DNA of 54,614 bases, taken from IMG/VR virus record IMGVR_UViG_3300047199_000011, positions 1 through 54,614 of that record; one strand, 5' to 3'. Below, piece by piece: positions 8,405 through 16,620 of this stretch. The notes below the pieces were generated by a model. The model was not told the DNA's origin, made no database searches, and saw only the letters and a program-made list of their open reading frames with translations. Made by a program: the position numbers and the translations under genes. Source of the stretch: a virus. Taxonomy: Duplodnaviria > Caudoviricetes. Each line of letters starts with the position of its first letter. Position 1 is the first letter of the stretch.

Positions 8405-9060
8405 GCTATAAGCTAGCAATCCAAGACAACAATCTCGGAGTGAACGCTAATGTTCGCTTTGAGAATCTCTCCAAGCTGGAGCGGCCTGAAGTAGTAGCCA
8501 AGACTCCTACTGGGAAGGTAGCCAAAGAGAAAAGCGTTGTCAACGGTAAGGTTATCCAGCAAGGTGAGATGACGCGCCAGTGGGTAGATGAAGACGGCAC
8601 TGTCTATGGCAAGACTGAACTCACGTTCTGGTATAACAATGAGCAGGTATCCGAGAATCAGCAGACCAAGACATTGGCAATCACCGGATATCAGCCGTTG
8701 GCGAACTATACCGACAACTATGTGATAGCTGCGTACTATGAGATATTCCCGGATGATAACGGGATGAAGAAAGACTTTGATAGGGACAGGGCAAAGGCGA
8801 GTAATCTATTCCAAATGAGGAAGCTCTGGGAGCATCTTGATAGTACCAAGCAGGTAGCCCGCGGTGAGTTCTGTACCAGTTCCCGTGGGTTCATAGCCAG
8901 CGATGGTTATATCAGAGCGGTATCGTTCCAGAATAAGTGGGGATTAGAGATTGGTGTGTTCAAAGAGGAGAAAGTCTTTGAGCATCTCAATGAAGGCCTG
9001 CCTCAAGAAGTCAAAGCGGCTGCACCAGAAGCCGGAAGGAAGAAATTGAAAATGGTATAA
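8401..9060 (+). CDS. divergent Ku-like DNA end-binding protein
   Basis: By-eye colinearity with the prokaryotic Ku core: GVNANVRF, QTKTLAITGYQPL...YYEIFPD, MRKLWEHLDSTKQVARGEF; basic C-terminal tail. Confidence 0.6.
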   Translation: MSYKLAIQDNNLGVNANVRFENLSKLERPEVVAKTPTGKVAKEKSVVNGKVIQQGEMTRQWVDEDGTVYGKTELTFWYNNEQVSENQQTKTLAITGYQPLANYTDNYVIAAYYEIFPDDNGMKKDFDRDRAKASNLFQMRKLWEHLDSTKQVARGEFCTSSRGFIASDGYIRAVSFQNKWGLEIGVFKEEKVFEHLNEGLPQEVKAAAPEAGRKKLKMV

Positions 9061-9179
9061 GCAGTACAGAGGGCTAGGGTCATCCGAAAGCGAACCAGCT
9101 TTGCTGGTGAGTACGAAGCGAGCGAACAATGATTGCGAGCGTTGGTGAACTTTCGGATGTCCCGGGCCCGTTGTACTGC
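9061..9179 (+). other. structured fold-back element D
   Basis: GCAGTACA/TGTACTGC and CATCCGAAAG/CTTTCGGATG stems; hairpin ACCAGC-TTT-GCTGGT; core GCGAGCGAACAATGATTGCGAGCG. Confidence 0.8.
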
Positions 9180-9194
9180 AAGAAAGGAGATAAT

Positions 9195-9455
9195 ATGGGA
9201 ATGGAAGTGTTAGCAGAATATCCGAGTAGCTCTAATCCAAGCAAGACGTACCATATCATACATGGAAAAGATGGTGTGACTTACTGCGATTGTATGGCAT
9301 GGAAGATGTCTAATCCGCACAGATGTAAGCATCTTGATATTTACTACAAAGATAGAACCGGTGGTAAAATCTATCCCAAGAATAAGACTTTCCCTGCAAC
9401 CTGGAGTGAACTAAGCGCAGCCATAGCAGAAGCAGTGAACACTATCAAGGGATAA
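9195..9455 (+). CDS. SWIM zinc-finger protein
   Basis: SSSNPSKTYHI...YCDCMAW...RCKHL = CxC-x(n)-CxH; AAGGAG RBS. Confidence 0.85.
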   Translation: MGMEVLAEYPSSSNPSKTYHIIHGKDGVTYCDCMAWKMSNPHRCKHLDIYYKDRTGGKIYPKNKTFPATWSELSAAIAEAVNTIKG

Positions 9456-9525
9456 AGGGTTGGTGCCCTTAAACGGCGCCGGTTAACCAGCCGTCCCGTT
9501 TTACCGACTTGAACGGTCAACCCCC
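9455..9525. terminator. hairpin cluster where the two arms converge
   Basis: AAGGG/CCCTT, ACGGC/GCCGT and ACCG/CGGT stems between convergent stop codons. Confidence 0.4.
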
Positions 9526-9529
9526 AAAC

Positions 9530-9664
9530 CTATCGCCACCTATCCGCTAACCCACCTATCACAGTAACAAAGAACAAGAATATCAACGCCAACGATCCAA
9601 GCCCAGCACATATCCCTCCGAAGAAACCGTATCCCCAATAGAAACCATCAAGAACTTCTTTCAT
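9530..9664 (-). CDS. small membrane protein (below cutoff)
   Basis: AGGAGG RBS; MKEVLDGFYWGYGFFGGICAGLGSLALIFLFFVTVIG. Confidence 0.55.
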   Translation of the reverse strand: MKEVLDGFYWGYGFFGGICAGLGSLALIFLFFVTVIGGLADRWR

Positions 9665-9730
9665 CGACCCTCCTAAAGATACAGAGAGAGCAACGGTACG
9701 CCGTTGTTCTTTCTGTTGACACCGGGCATA

Positions 9731-9898
9731 CTAACGGCTTGACCTCTTTGCATTTCTTACAATAGCATAGAAGCTTATTCCGTACAGCTTTAAAACCTTG
9801 TTTACGCATGACAGAACCTCTTTAATCTGGCCTATGTTTACTTGCACTATCTTTCCCTCTAACTCCGCTACCTGCTTTGCCAACGTGTTTAAATCCAT
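9731..9898 (-). CDS. hypothetical protein (below cutoff)
   Basis: AAGGAGG RBS; MDLNTLAKQVAELEGKIVQVNIGQIKEVL... Confidence 0.55.
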   Translation of the reverse strand: MDLNTLAKQVAELEGKIVQVNIGQIKEVLSCVNKVLKLYGISFYAIVRNAKRSSR

Positions 9899-10223
9899 TT
9901 CATTCCTCCTTCATGTTAACGTGCCATCTGTTGTTAATCCTCGATTCACCAAGCTGGTTCAACAGTTTGTACCAATCACCTATCTTCATGGTAACATACT
10001 GTAAGTCATCACCTGTCCGGTACACAGTTATTTCCAGGTGAACTTTCTTGGATTCTTCTTTCTTCTTCGGCGTCTTCCAACCGAAACAACTTCCAATTCT
10101 CTTTGTCCAAGTGCTTAACAGTGAGCGCATAGCCTAGGCTCTTTCCATCCCCCTCCGGGGATATAGCATCTCCGTGAACATAGCACCAGATATACTTACC
10201 GTACGCAGGCCTGCAATCTATCC

Positions 10224-10724
10224 TCATATCATCAGAGTAAGCGAGTTTACCATCATCAACGGTAACGTAGCACCGGTCGCAGCTCCACGGCCCATCTCCT
10301 CGACATCCACATTGCCTGATAGCGCTGAGATCCCACCCATCACCAACGCTAGGACGACGCAGTGGATTGCGTATCCCAGCCACATCCCAGTCATGATAGC
10401 GAACCAAAGTTTAACAACGCCAATCATGAATCCATGAAACCAGAAGTTATCGTACCCGAACACTTCATCCCAATACATCGACGTCATTCCCCATAACGCA
10501 CCGAACGTAACGACATAAATATACCAGGCAACGTGCGGGTAGAAGATTGCCATCCAGCCGGTCGTTACCAACGAACAGCCCGCGTCCCGCGTCTTCGAGT
10601 TGAACATCCACATCGGAACCCACGGGTACTTCACAGCTCCTTCCACACATGAGCAACCGCCGAATCTATATAGGTACGCGTTGACGATTGCTGCCAATGC
10701 AGCTCCTGCTAACATCCAAATCAT
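10224..10724 (-). CDS. multi-pass membrane protein
   Basis: Several hydrophobic segments; AGGAGG RBS. Confidence 0.7.
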   Translation of the reverse strand: MIWMLAGAALAAIVNAYLYRFGGCSCVEGAVKYPWVPMWMFNSKTRDAGCSLVTTGWMAIFYPHVAWYIYVVTFGALWGMTSMYWDEVFGYDNFWFHGFMIGVVKLWFAIMTGMWLGYAIHCVVLALVMGGISALSGNVDVEEMGRGAATGATLPLMMVNSLTLMI

Positions 10725-10921
10725 ATTGCCTCCTATTCTCTCGCCCACCACGCAGCTGCAATTACCAACGCCAATAAGAACACAACAAATCCCAATACTT
10801 CAACTTCTCTCTCTGACATCATGCCATTCCTCCCAGATGCACACGAATATACCAACGAACATTATCAACGGCAACATAAGAAGCACCCAGAATCTAAACA
10901 TGGGTGAACACTGCGAGTGTG

Positions 10922-11224
10922 TCATACCCAACTTAGCAGCCAACCCAACTGTGCCACCGGATGCCAACCCAGATGTACTAGTAACGCTAACCAACCGACC
11001 AACATGGACCCTAAAAGGACCCAGCTTTGCCAACGGTGAGTCTTAGCCCACGTCCAGAAATGCTGGCTGACTGTCTGACCGCTCTTTGCTTTAGCTATCC
11101 ACTCGACAACCCCGAAGCAAGCTCCGAATACCATGAACACGATAAACAACCACCACTGGCCGAAGATGGCGGCCGGCACAAGCAAAGGAAGGAATATCAA
11201 CGCTATCCCTAGAAATTGCATCAT
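10922..11224 (-). CDS. membrane protein
   Basis: Three Trp-rich hydrophobic segments; GGAGGAGG RBS. Confidence 0.7.
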   Translation of the reverse strand: MMQFLGIALIFLPLLVPAAIFGQWWLFIVFMVFGACFGVVEWIAKAKSGQTVSQHFWTWAKTHRWQSWVLLGSMLVGWLALLVHLGWHPVAQLGWLLSWV

Positions 11225-11412
11225 GTATCCTCCTCCACGCTTTTCAAGCCGCCTTCTTTGACATACGCTATTTGTTCATCAACGGTCATTGGAGTACCTA
11301 TCTTCTCAAGGAAGAATTGCAACATAGCCATACCCTGCCACTCATCTTCCGGAAAATACCCTCTGACTTTATCAAACTCCAAGCACAACGCTTTCAATTC
11401 TCCAGCGGTCAT
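11221..11412 (-). CDS. hypothetical protein
   Basis: ATGA-coupled on both sides; AAGGAGG RBS. Confidence 0.6.
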   Translation of the reverse strand: MTAGELKALCLEFDKVRGYFPEDEWQGMAMLQFFLEKIGTPMTVDEQIAYVKEGGLKSVEEDT

Positions 11413-11900
11413 AGGTGAACCTCCTTAGCTACATCGTTGATAACCTTATCTAGGTCCGGATCAGCATCATCTGCAATCGCACGGGTCAGATCCTTGTGTA
11501 TCTGGTCAATCTCCTCGCGGGTAATCTGAAGACTGAATCTAAGGCAGATTTTCTTGGCTACGGTAGGCCCAAAGTTGGCGATAAGATTGGCTACCTGAAG
11601 CATCATCAACTGTTTAAACTGAACTGACTCCGTTGATTCTACAGGTGAGTATGTATTTGGTGAGTATGTATTTGCAGTAGTCGTCCAGGTCATCGGGTTT
11701 GAAGAAGCTGTACCATACGCATTTTGTAACTGCGCATATCCAATCTGTTGCGCCCCGTTTGTCGATGTTGGATATTGCTGCGCCTGATTTGCATACTGTT
11801 GCTGCATCTGCGCCTGCTGTGCTGCCCACTTCTTATCATTCCACAACTTCTCTATAATATCCATGTTACCGCCAATAAACTCACTATCTGTTGTTCCCAT
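11409..11900 (-). CDS. hypothetical protein with Gln/Thr-rich low-complexity linker
   Basis: AAGGAGG RBS before the ATG at 11900; NTYSP duplicated. Confidence 0.6.
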   Translation of the reverse strand: MGTTDSEFIGGNMDIIEKLWNDKKWAAQQAQMQQQYANQAQQYPTSTNGAQQIGYAQLQNAYGTASSNPMTWTTTANTYSPNTYSPVESTESVQFKQLMMLQVANLIANFGPTVAKKICLRFSLQITREEIDQIHKDLTRAIADDADPDLDKVINDVAKEVHL

Positions 11901-12369
11901 TTTGTCCTCCTTGTTGTTGGTAAACATACTCAAGACTCTGCTTTTTAAGCTCATAGAACTCCTCCGTGAATTTAATGAACGGTCGGTACTTCTCTCGCAT
12001 AGTCTGATAATCTGTACCTAAATTATGCTTCACCCACGCATCCCGGAACGCTATGTACTCATCCACCTCAGACTTCAACCTATCTATATGACAATGAAAG
12101 CATAGCGTCATTCCATTGTCAACATCAAACGCACCGTTGTTACCGCATAACGAACGGGCGACAATGTGGTGGCCGTGGTGTTTAGTGCTGACGTTATGCT
12201 TACCGTCATGAAGACACCATTGGCACACGTAGTCATCGCGTTGGCGAACCACAAAGCTCCAGGCGGCGTGTAACTCTTTCTTGCGCGGGCCAGCCTTGAA
12301 CTTAGAAGTAGAGTTGTGCTTGCTTGCCGACCTTTTCTTCTTTGATTTCGATCTTCGCATCATAGTCAC
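11884..12369 (-). CDS. HNH endonuclease, NinG/Rap-like
   Basis: WSFVVRQRD..CQWC...HGHH...NGMTLCFHCH. Confidence 0.8.
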   Translation of the reverse strand: MTMMRRSKSKKKRSASKHNSTSKFKAGPRKKELHAAWSFVVRQRDDYVCQWCLHDGKHNVSTKHHGHHIVARSLCGNNGAFDVDNGMTLCFHCHIDRLKSEVDEYIAFRDAWVKHNLGTDYQTMREKYRPFIKFTEEFYELKKQSLEYVYQQQGGQNGNNR

Positions 12370-12604
12370 GTAATCTTTTGCTCACACACCCCGAATGGTG
12401 CGGCTTCATTTTCCCGGGATCGTCAGCATGACACAAGAAAACCGGCCACTCACTCGGATTACCCGCCAAGGAATCAGTCATCTCCCCACAGTAATAACAC
12501 AGGCCGTCTTCAGCACCAAACCTCATGCACTTGGGGCATACTTGATCGGCGCCTTTACGGTCTTTAGGCATTGGGTTTCCGCATTTCCTACACAAATGGC
12601 TCAC
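12302..12604 (-). CDS. zinc-finger protein
   Basis: CRKC, CPKC, CYYC and HHSGC motifs. Confidence 0.6.
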   Translation of the reverse strand: MSHLCRKCGNPMPKDRKGADQVCPKCMRFGAEDGLCYYCGEMTDSLAGNPSEWPVFLCHADDPGKMKPHHSGCVSKRLRDYDAKIEIKEEKVGKQAQLYF

Positions 12605-12933
12605 TTTATTCCGAATAAATCCGGCTCCTTTTCCTTAACTCCGCATATTCCATATACCCCACAGGTAAAACCGTGCATCCCTTTATGCTTCCCCATAAAC
12701 TTAATCTTTCCGCTTTTACTCAAACGAGTAAATGCCTGTTGCACTAGATTATATTTGCTTTCGTTACCAAGTAAATCCCCATTCTCTTTCAGTTTAGTAT
12801 GTAATTCCCGCGCATCCATGCTTTTCCCTTGCGCCTTCAATAAATTGAACACCTTCTGATCAACTATTTCAAAATAACCAACTCCGTTCAACCTATCATA
12901 AGCTTCTTTCGATTGTGCATATCCGTCCATCAT
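12601..12933 (-). CDS. putative winged-helix DNA-binding protein
   Basis: VFNLLK...MDARELH...VQQAFTRLSKSGKI pattern. Confidence 0.5.
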   Translation of the reverse strand: MMDGYAQSKEAYDRLNGVGYFEIVDQKVFNLLKAQGKSMDARELHTKLKENGDLLGNESKYNLVQQAFTRLSKSGKIKFMGKHKGMHGFTCGVYGICGVKEKEPDLFGIK

Positions 12934-13964
12934 TTACTCCTTGGCATATCCCTCTCTGGGTCAATAATCTTAGCTTGGAATAAGTCAATTATGTACTCTA
13001 GCTTCTTATCATCAACGATGTCAACGGTAGCTTCCTCCTTAACTTCGCCGGCGGCCGCAGACTGAGCGTCTTTGGGCATGAAGAACGTTGGCTGGTTAGC
13101 AGGAATTTCTTCAAAGCGGTAGTGCTTGGGAATGTATACCAACGGATGAACACCTGTCCTTCCGTTACGGTTCTTAGCTACGATTAAACTAAATGCGCTG
13201 TCATCACTCCCAGCCTTAGTGGCCTTGTCATATCCATCCCAATACAAAAGCATAACTACATCAGCGCTTTCTTCAAGAAACCCCGACTCTTTTAGCTGAG
13301 CCATTGACGGACAATGGTCTTTGACATTTTCAGCACCTCGGTTTATCTGCGAACATAGGATACCTGCGAAATCATACGCAAGGGCCATGTTACGGAAGTT
13401 CCTTAAGTATTCGTTGATGATCTCCCGGGTATCTCCTCTCGCCATCGAGATGTTCTGAACATAGTCAATGATGATCACATCGGGCTTATTTTCGCCAACG
13501 ATATCCAGCAGCTTGGTAATTTCTTCCCAACTCTTGCCGATGTCACAAGTAATCAGCAACTTGAGGCTGACCGCTTCCTCCCTGAATTTACGCCAACGAT
13601 TGCGTATTTCTTCATCCGTCTTAAACTTTCCTGACATGACCGCATAGTTATCTACGCTCATGGAGTGACAGAACAAGCGCTCTACAAGAGCATCGACTCC
13701 CATTTCCAACGATAAGAACCAAACCGTCTTCCCTTGCTTAGCTAAATCAGCAGCAACCTGTAGCGCAAAAGATGACTTGCCCTGCGAAGTCCTCGCCCCT
13801 ATTACTGTCAACGCCCTGCGCCTTAATCCCCAAAGCTTAGTTGATAAGGTGGGAAGCGTAGTGATCGGGAGTTCTGGTGCATCACCACGTTTCCATAGCT
13901 CTGCTTCCAGATCCTCCACCCACGCCTTTATATGTCTTACTCTGTAAAGTTTCTCGTAGCTCAT
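12930..13964 (-). CDS. dnaB: DnaB-like (SF4) replicative helicase, ATPase core only
   Basis: GARTSQGKS, FLSLEM, IIIDYVQ, SQINR, LKESGFLEESAD, KNRNGRTG. Confidence 0.92.
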   Translation of the reverse strand: MSYEKLYRVRHIKAWVEDLEAELWKRGDAPELPITTLPTLSTKLWGLRRRALTVIGARTSQGKSSFALQVAADLAKQGKTVWFLSLEMGVDALVERLFCHSMSVDNYAVMSGKFKTDEEIRNRWRKFREEAVSLKLLITCDIGKSWEEITKLLDIVGENKPDVIIIDYVQNISMARGDTREIINEYLRNFRNMALAYDFAGILCSQINRGAENVKDHCPSMAQLKESGFLEESADVVMLLYWDGYDKATKAGSDDSAFSLIVAKNRNGRTGVHPLVYIPKHYRFEEIPANQPTFFMPKDAQSAAAGEVKEEATVDIVDDKKLEYIIDLFQAKIIDPERDMPRSK

Positions 13965-14223
13965 CCCGCTCCTTCCGCAGTATCTTTAACGAATCCTCGG
14001 CCTGCTTACTTAAAACCTCGTTGGTAAAGAGGTGTTTAACCCTTAACTTCTCCATAGTATCGACTTGAGCATCAAGCTCTGACAGTTCCGCCTGCATATC
14101 ACCCACCATACCCATAATCAAATCTTTATGCGGTGTCTTCTGGATATCCATCAAGCAGTCCCAGGCTTCTACATCTTTAGGGTCGTCCATGTTCAGCTTC
14201 TTGCGCACTTCATCAACGCTCAT
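13882..14223 (-). CDS. hypothetical coiled-coil protein
   Basis: Coupled between the initiator and helicase genes. Confidence 0.55.
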   Translation of the reverse strand: MSVDEVRKKLNMDDPKDVEAWDCLMDIQKTPHKDLIMGMVGDMQAELSELDAQVDTMEKLRVKHLFTNEVLSKQAEDSLKILRKERDELRETLQSKTYKGVGGGSGSRAMETW

Positions 14224-14933
14224 AGTTCCCTCCCCTTCGGGCCAACAACCTTAGCCGAACCGGGTTTATAATCAATCCAATCCCGCCAGTTATTGAACCA
14301 AGTCTTAGCGTGTTTAATATACCTCTCCTCAGTAACCTCATCCTTTACATAAAGCAGGTAGTTAGCCAACGCTTTCTTAATAGCATTGACATCTTCATCG
14401 CTTTTAACGGAAGTAGTGAAATGTTTAAGCGCGGTAGTTTTATCAAGCTTCTTTGGATACTGTACCCATAACTCAGTGAATACATCTATGTACTTAGATG
14501 TACCCTTATCCTTATCCTTATCCTGTGGAGTAGGCCTAGTCTTAATTAACTCTTGACTAACTCTAACGAAAGACTTACCGTAGAGTTTAATTACCGTTGG
14601 CAAGAGTTGGTGTTGTCTTAGTCGCCTAATCACACCCAGTGTAAAGTTGCTATCTTCTGTTATACCATCGGGATACTGAAAAGCAAGAAACTTGGGTATA
14701 AACCAGTATTTTCCGGTGCATTTCACCCTGCCGTTGAAAACCTCTACGACCTTTTCCCAGTTGACAGGTGCACCAATGACAAATTCGGCGTATTTGTGGT
14801 TCACCTCCCACATACCGGCGCAGTCACAACTGTCAATCAGGAAAAGCCATAGAAGTTTTAGCTCAAGCGATAGGCCGGAGAACCATGCGTCTTGCCACTT
14901 CCCAGTATCTGTAAATCGCTTGTTTATCGCCAT
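14220..14933 (-). CDS. phage replication initiator / replisome organiser
   Basis: N-terminal KRFTDTGKWQDAWF...LLWLFL, DKDKDK linker, C-terminal FTELWVQYPKK...YIKHAKTWFN; upstream of DnaB. Confidence 0.8.
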   Translation of the reverse strand: MAINKRFTDTGKWQDAWFSGLSLELKLLWLFLIDSCDCAGMWEVNHKYAEFVIGAPVNWEKVVEVFNGRVKCTGKYWFIPKFLAFQYPDGITEDSNFTLGVIRRLRQHQLLPTVIKLYGKSFVRVSQELIKTRPTPQDKDKDKGTSKYIDVFTELWVQYPKKLDKTTALKHFTTSVKSDEDVNAIKKALANYLLYVKDEVTEERYIKHAKTWFNNWRDWIDYKPGSAKVVGPKGREL

Positions 14934-15038
14934 ATTTACTCCTTAAACTATGATGGAGAGGAGGGGGCGGAGTGACGTTTTCTCCTGAACTTTAAAACCA
15001 TACTCTTTCCCCCGAACGCATGGTTAACCCCCTAATGC

Positions 15039-15494
15039 CTATTCCTTCATTAGAAACTCCGGTACATCTTCGCCAACGCCAGTTGCCGGCCCTTGATCCT
15101 CGTCCACTTTGAAATCATCCACCTCGTTGCGCTCGCGCTGTTTGTTATCTAGCGTCACGAGAAGATGCCAATACGTTGTCCGACGGATGCACCTATCCAG
15201 CGCTTTGAAGAACGCGCCACTTCCTACTTCGCAGGCGCCAAGTTCTTTAAGGCTGATACCACATCCTTTAACGAGTCGGGCGACACGCCATAAAGCCTTA
15301 TCTGTAAGTGCAGTATGGACGGTGATTGGCTTTCCCACATAGTCGGTTGGCTCGAGAATACTGGCCTTCCATCTAATTTGCTTCGTACCAGTTGATGCCG
15401 TAGTTTCTTCGTAACCATTGATGACGACTTTGTACGTTCCCGCCGGGTAGACTTGGTATTCATTTCCGCCTTCTTTCTCCCAATCCATTTTCAT
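15039..15494 (-). CDS. DUF669-like ssDNA-binding protein
   Basis: YQVYPAGTYKVVI, acidic tail EDVPEF; next to Sak4. Confidence 0.75.
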   Translation of the reverse strand: MKMDWEKEGGNEYQVYPAGTYKVVINGYEETTASTGTKQIRWKASILEPTDYVGKPITVHTALTDKALWRVARLVKGCGISLKELGACEVGSGAFFKALDRCIRRTTYWHLLVTLDNKQRERNEVDDFKVDEDQGPATGVGEDVPEFLMKE

Positions 15495-15616
15495 TGCTGC
15501 CTCCTAGTATGTTAAGTGCTTCGTTAATGGCTTCCTCGATAGACCCCTTTGGGTAAGGAATCTTCTTTGGATGCCTCTTATTATGTGCTTCGATCTCACG
15601 TTCTAAAACCTTCCAA

Positions 15617-16360
15617 TCAGCTTTCACCGCCAACAACCTCTTTCGCAACTGCATAACTGTATGAGTAGAGTTTGTCAAGGATAGCCGGCATATCCGCAGG
15701 CTCGCCCGCATCAAGCCCCTTGAACTGCGACTTGGTAATGTACTGGTCACTAGGGCCGAACCTCACCCACCGCTTGCCGGTCTTCTCGTACACCTCCAGA
15801 TGGCCAACGACATCAACGATGCCGCACGCCTGCGGAGCCAGCTTCTTTCCAATCATGGGGAACGTTTGGGTTACAATGGCACCGTCGACATTCTTTATTT
15901 CCAATGGTATTTCCCAAGCGTTGAAGATAACCGTAATGTTCTGGTAGACTAAGTCCCTGAATAAGCGAACCCACTCCTTCATTTTGAACCCAACGTCCCC
16001 GTATTCCCTTAGCTCAGGGGTATCTTTCCCCCTGCGGAGAGTAAGGTTGAGTATCAACTGCTGCTCAAGCTCACTCATGTTGTCGATGATAACGTACTTG
16101 AACCCATGCTTCTCTGTGCGCAGGTGCTTGTAGAGGTCATCAACGACTTCCTCAATCTCGTAGCTCTTGATGGCCGCTGGCAGGTTGAAGACGACGTGCT
16201 TCGTCCCCATTAACGGCCCTATCCCGCCCTCCACATTTATAAAGAGGGTTTCTTCCGGCGGTAAGGTCGCGGCCAGCGTTGTCTTACCGACCCCAGGGTT
16301 GCTATAAATTATCATAGCGATACCCCGGCTTAATGTGTCGCTTATCGTATCAAACTTCAT
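15617..16360 (-). CDS. sak4: Sak4-like (AAA_24) recombinase
   Basis: IYSNPGVGKTT, INVEGG, VIIDNMSEL, DVVGHL. Confidence 0.8.
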   Translation of the reverse strand: MKFDTISDTLSRGIAMIIYSNPGVGKTTLAATLPPEETLFINVEGGIGPLMGTKHVVFNLPAAIKSYEIEEVVDDLYKHLRTEKHGFKYVIIDNMSELEQQLILNLTLRRGKDTPELREYGDVGFKMKEWVRLFRDLVYQNITVIFNAWEIPLEIKNVDGAIVTQTFPMIGKKLAPQACGIVDVVGHLEVYEKTGKRWVRFGPSDQYITKSQFKGLDAGEPADMPAILDKLYSYSYAVAKEVVGGES

Positions 16361-16545
16361 GTCACCTCCTCACGGGGCTCCTGTAAAATCATTCTTCCAT
16401 CAAGATTATTAAGTTGAGATTTTATCAGTTCCAGTGCAGATGATATGTCGTTAAGCCTCTGCTCATGTTTCAAAATAATCTGATGAAGTTTATTGAGATG
16501 TTCGCTTAAACTCAAAACTTTCCTGCCTTCCTGAAACGGCTCCAT
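16357..16545 (-). CDS. hypothetical coiled-coil protein
   Basis: Coupled ORF with GGAGG RBS. Confidence 0.5.
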   Translation of the reverse strand: MEPFQEGRKVLSLSEHLNKLHQIILKHEQRLNDISSALELIKSQLNNLDGRMILQEPREEVT

Positions 16546-16620
16546 TCATCCTCCAGTTTGCTTATCCTTCCGGCTAAATCCGTAATAGCCGTGGTTAACT
16601 CCTTGACTGCATCGAGTAAA

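Noticed and set aside
9457-9525. tRNA-like pieces on the - strand (ACCG-TTCAAGT-CGGT T-arm-like; CGG-CTGGTTAA-CCG anticodon-like)
   Set aside because: Arms are in the wrong order, the loop is 8 nt and there is no D-arm; better explained as hairpins at the convergence point
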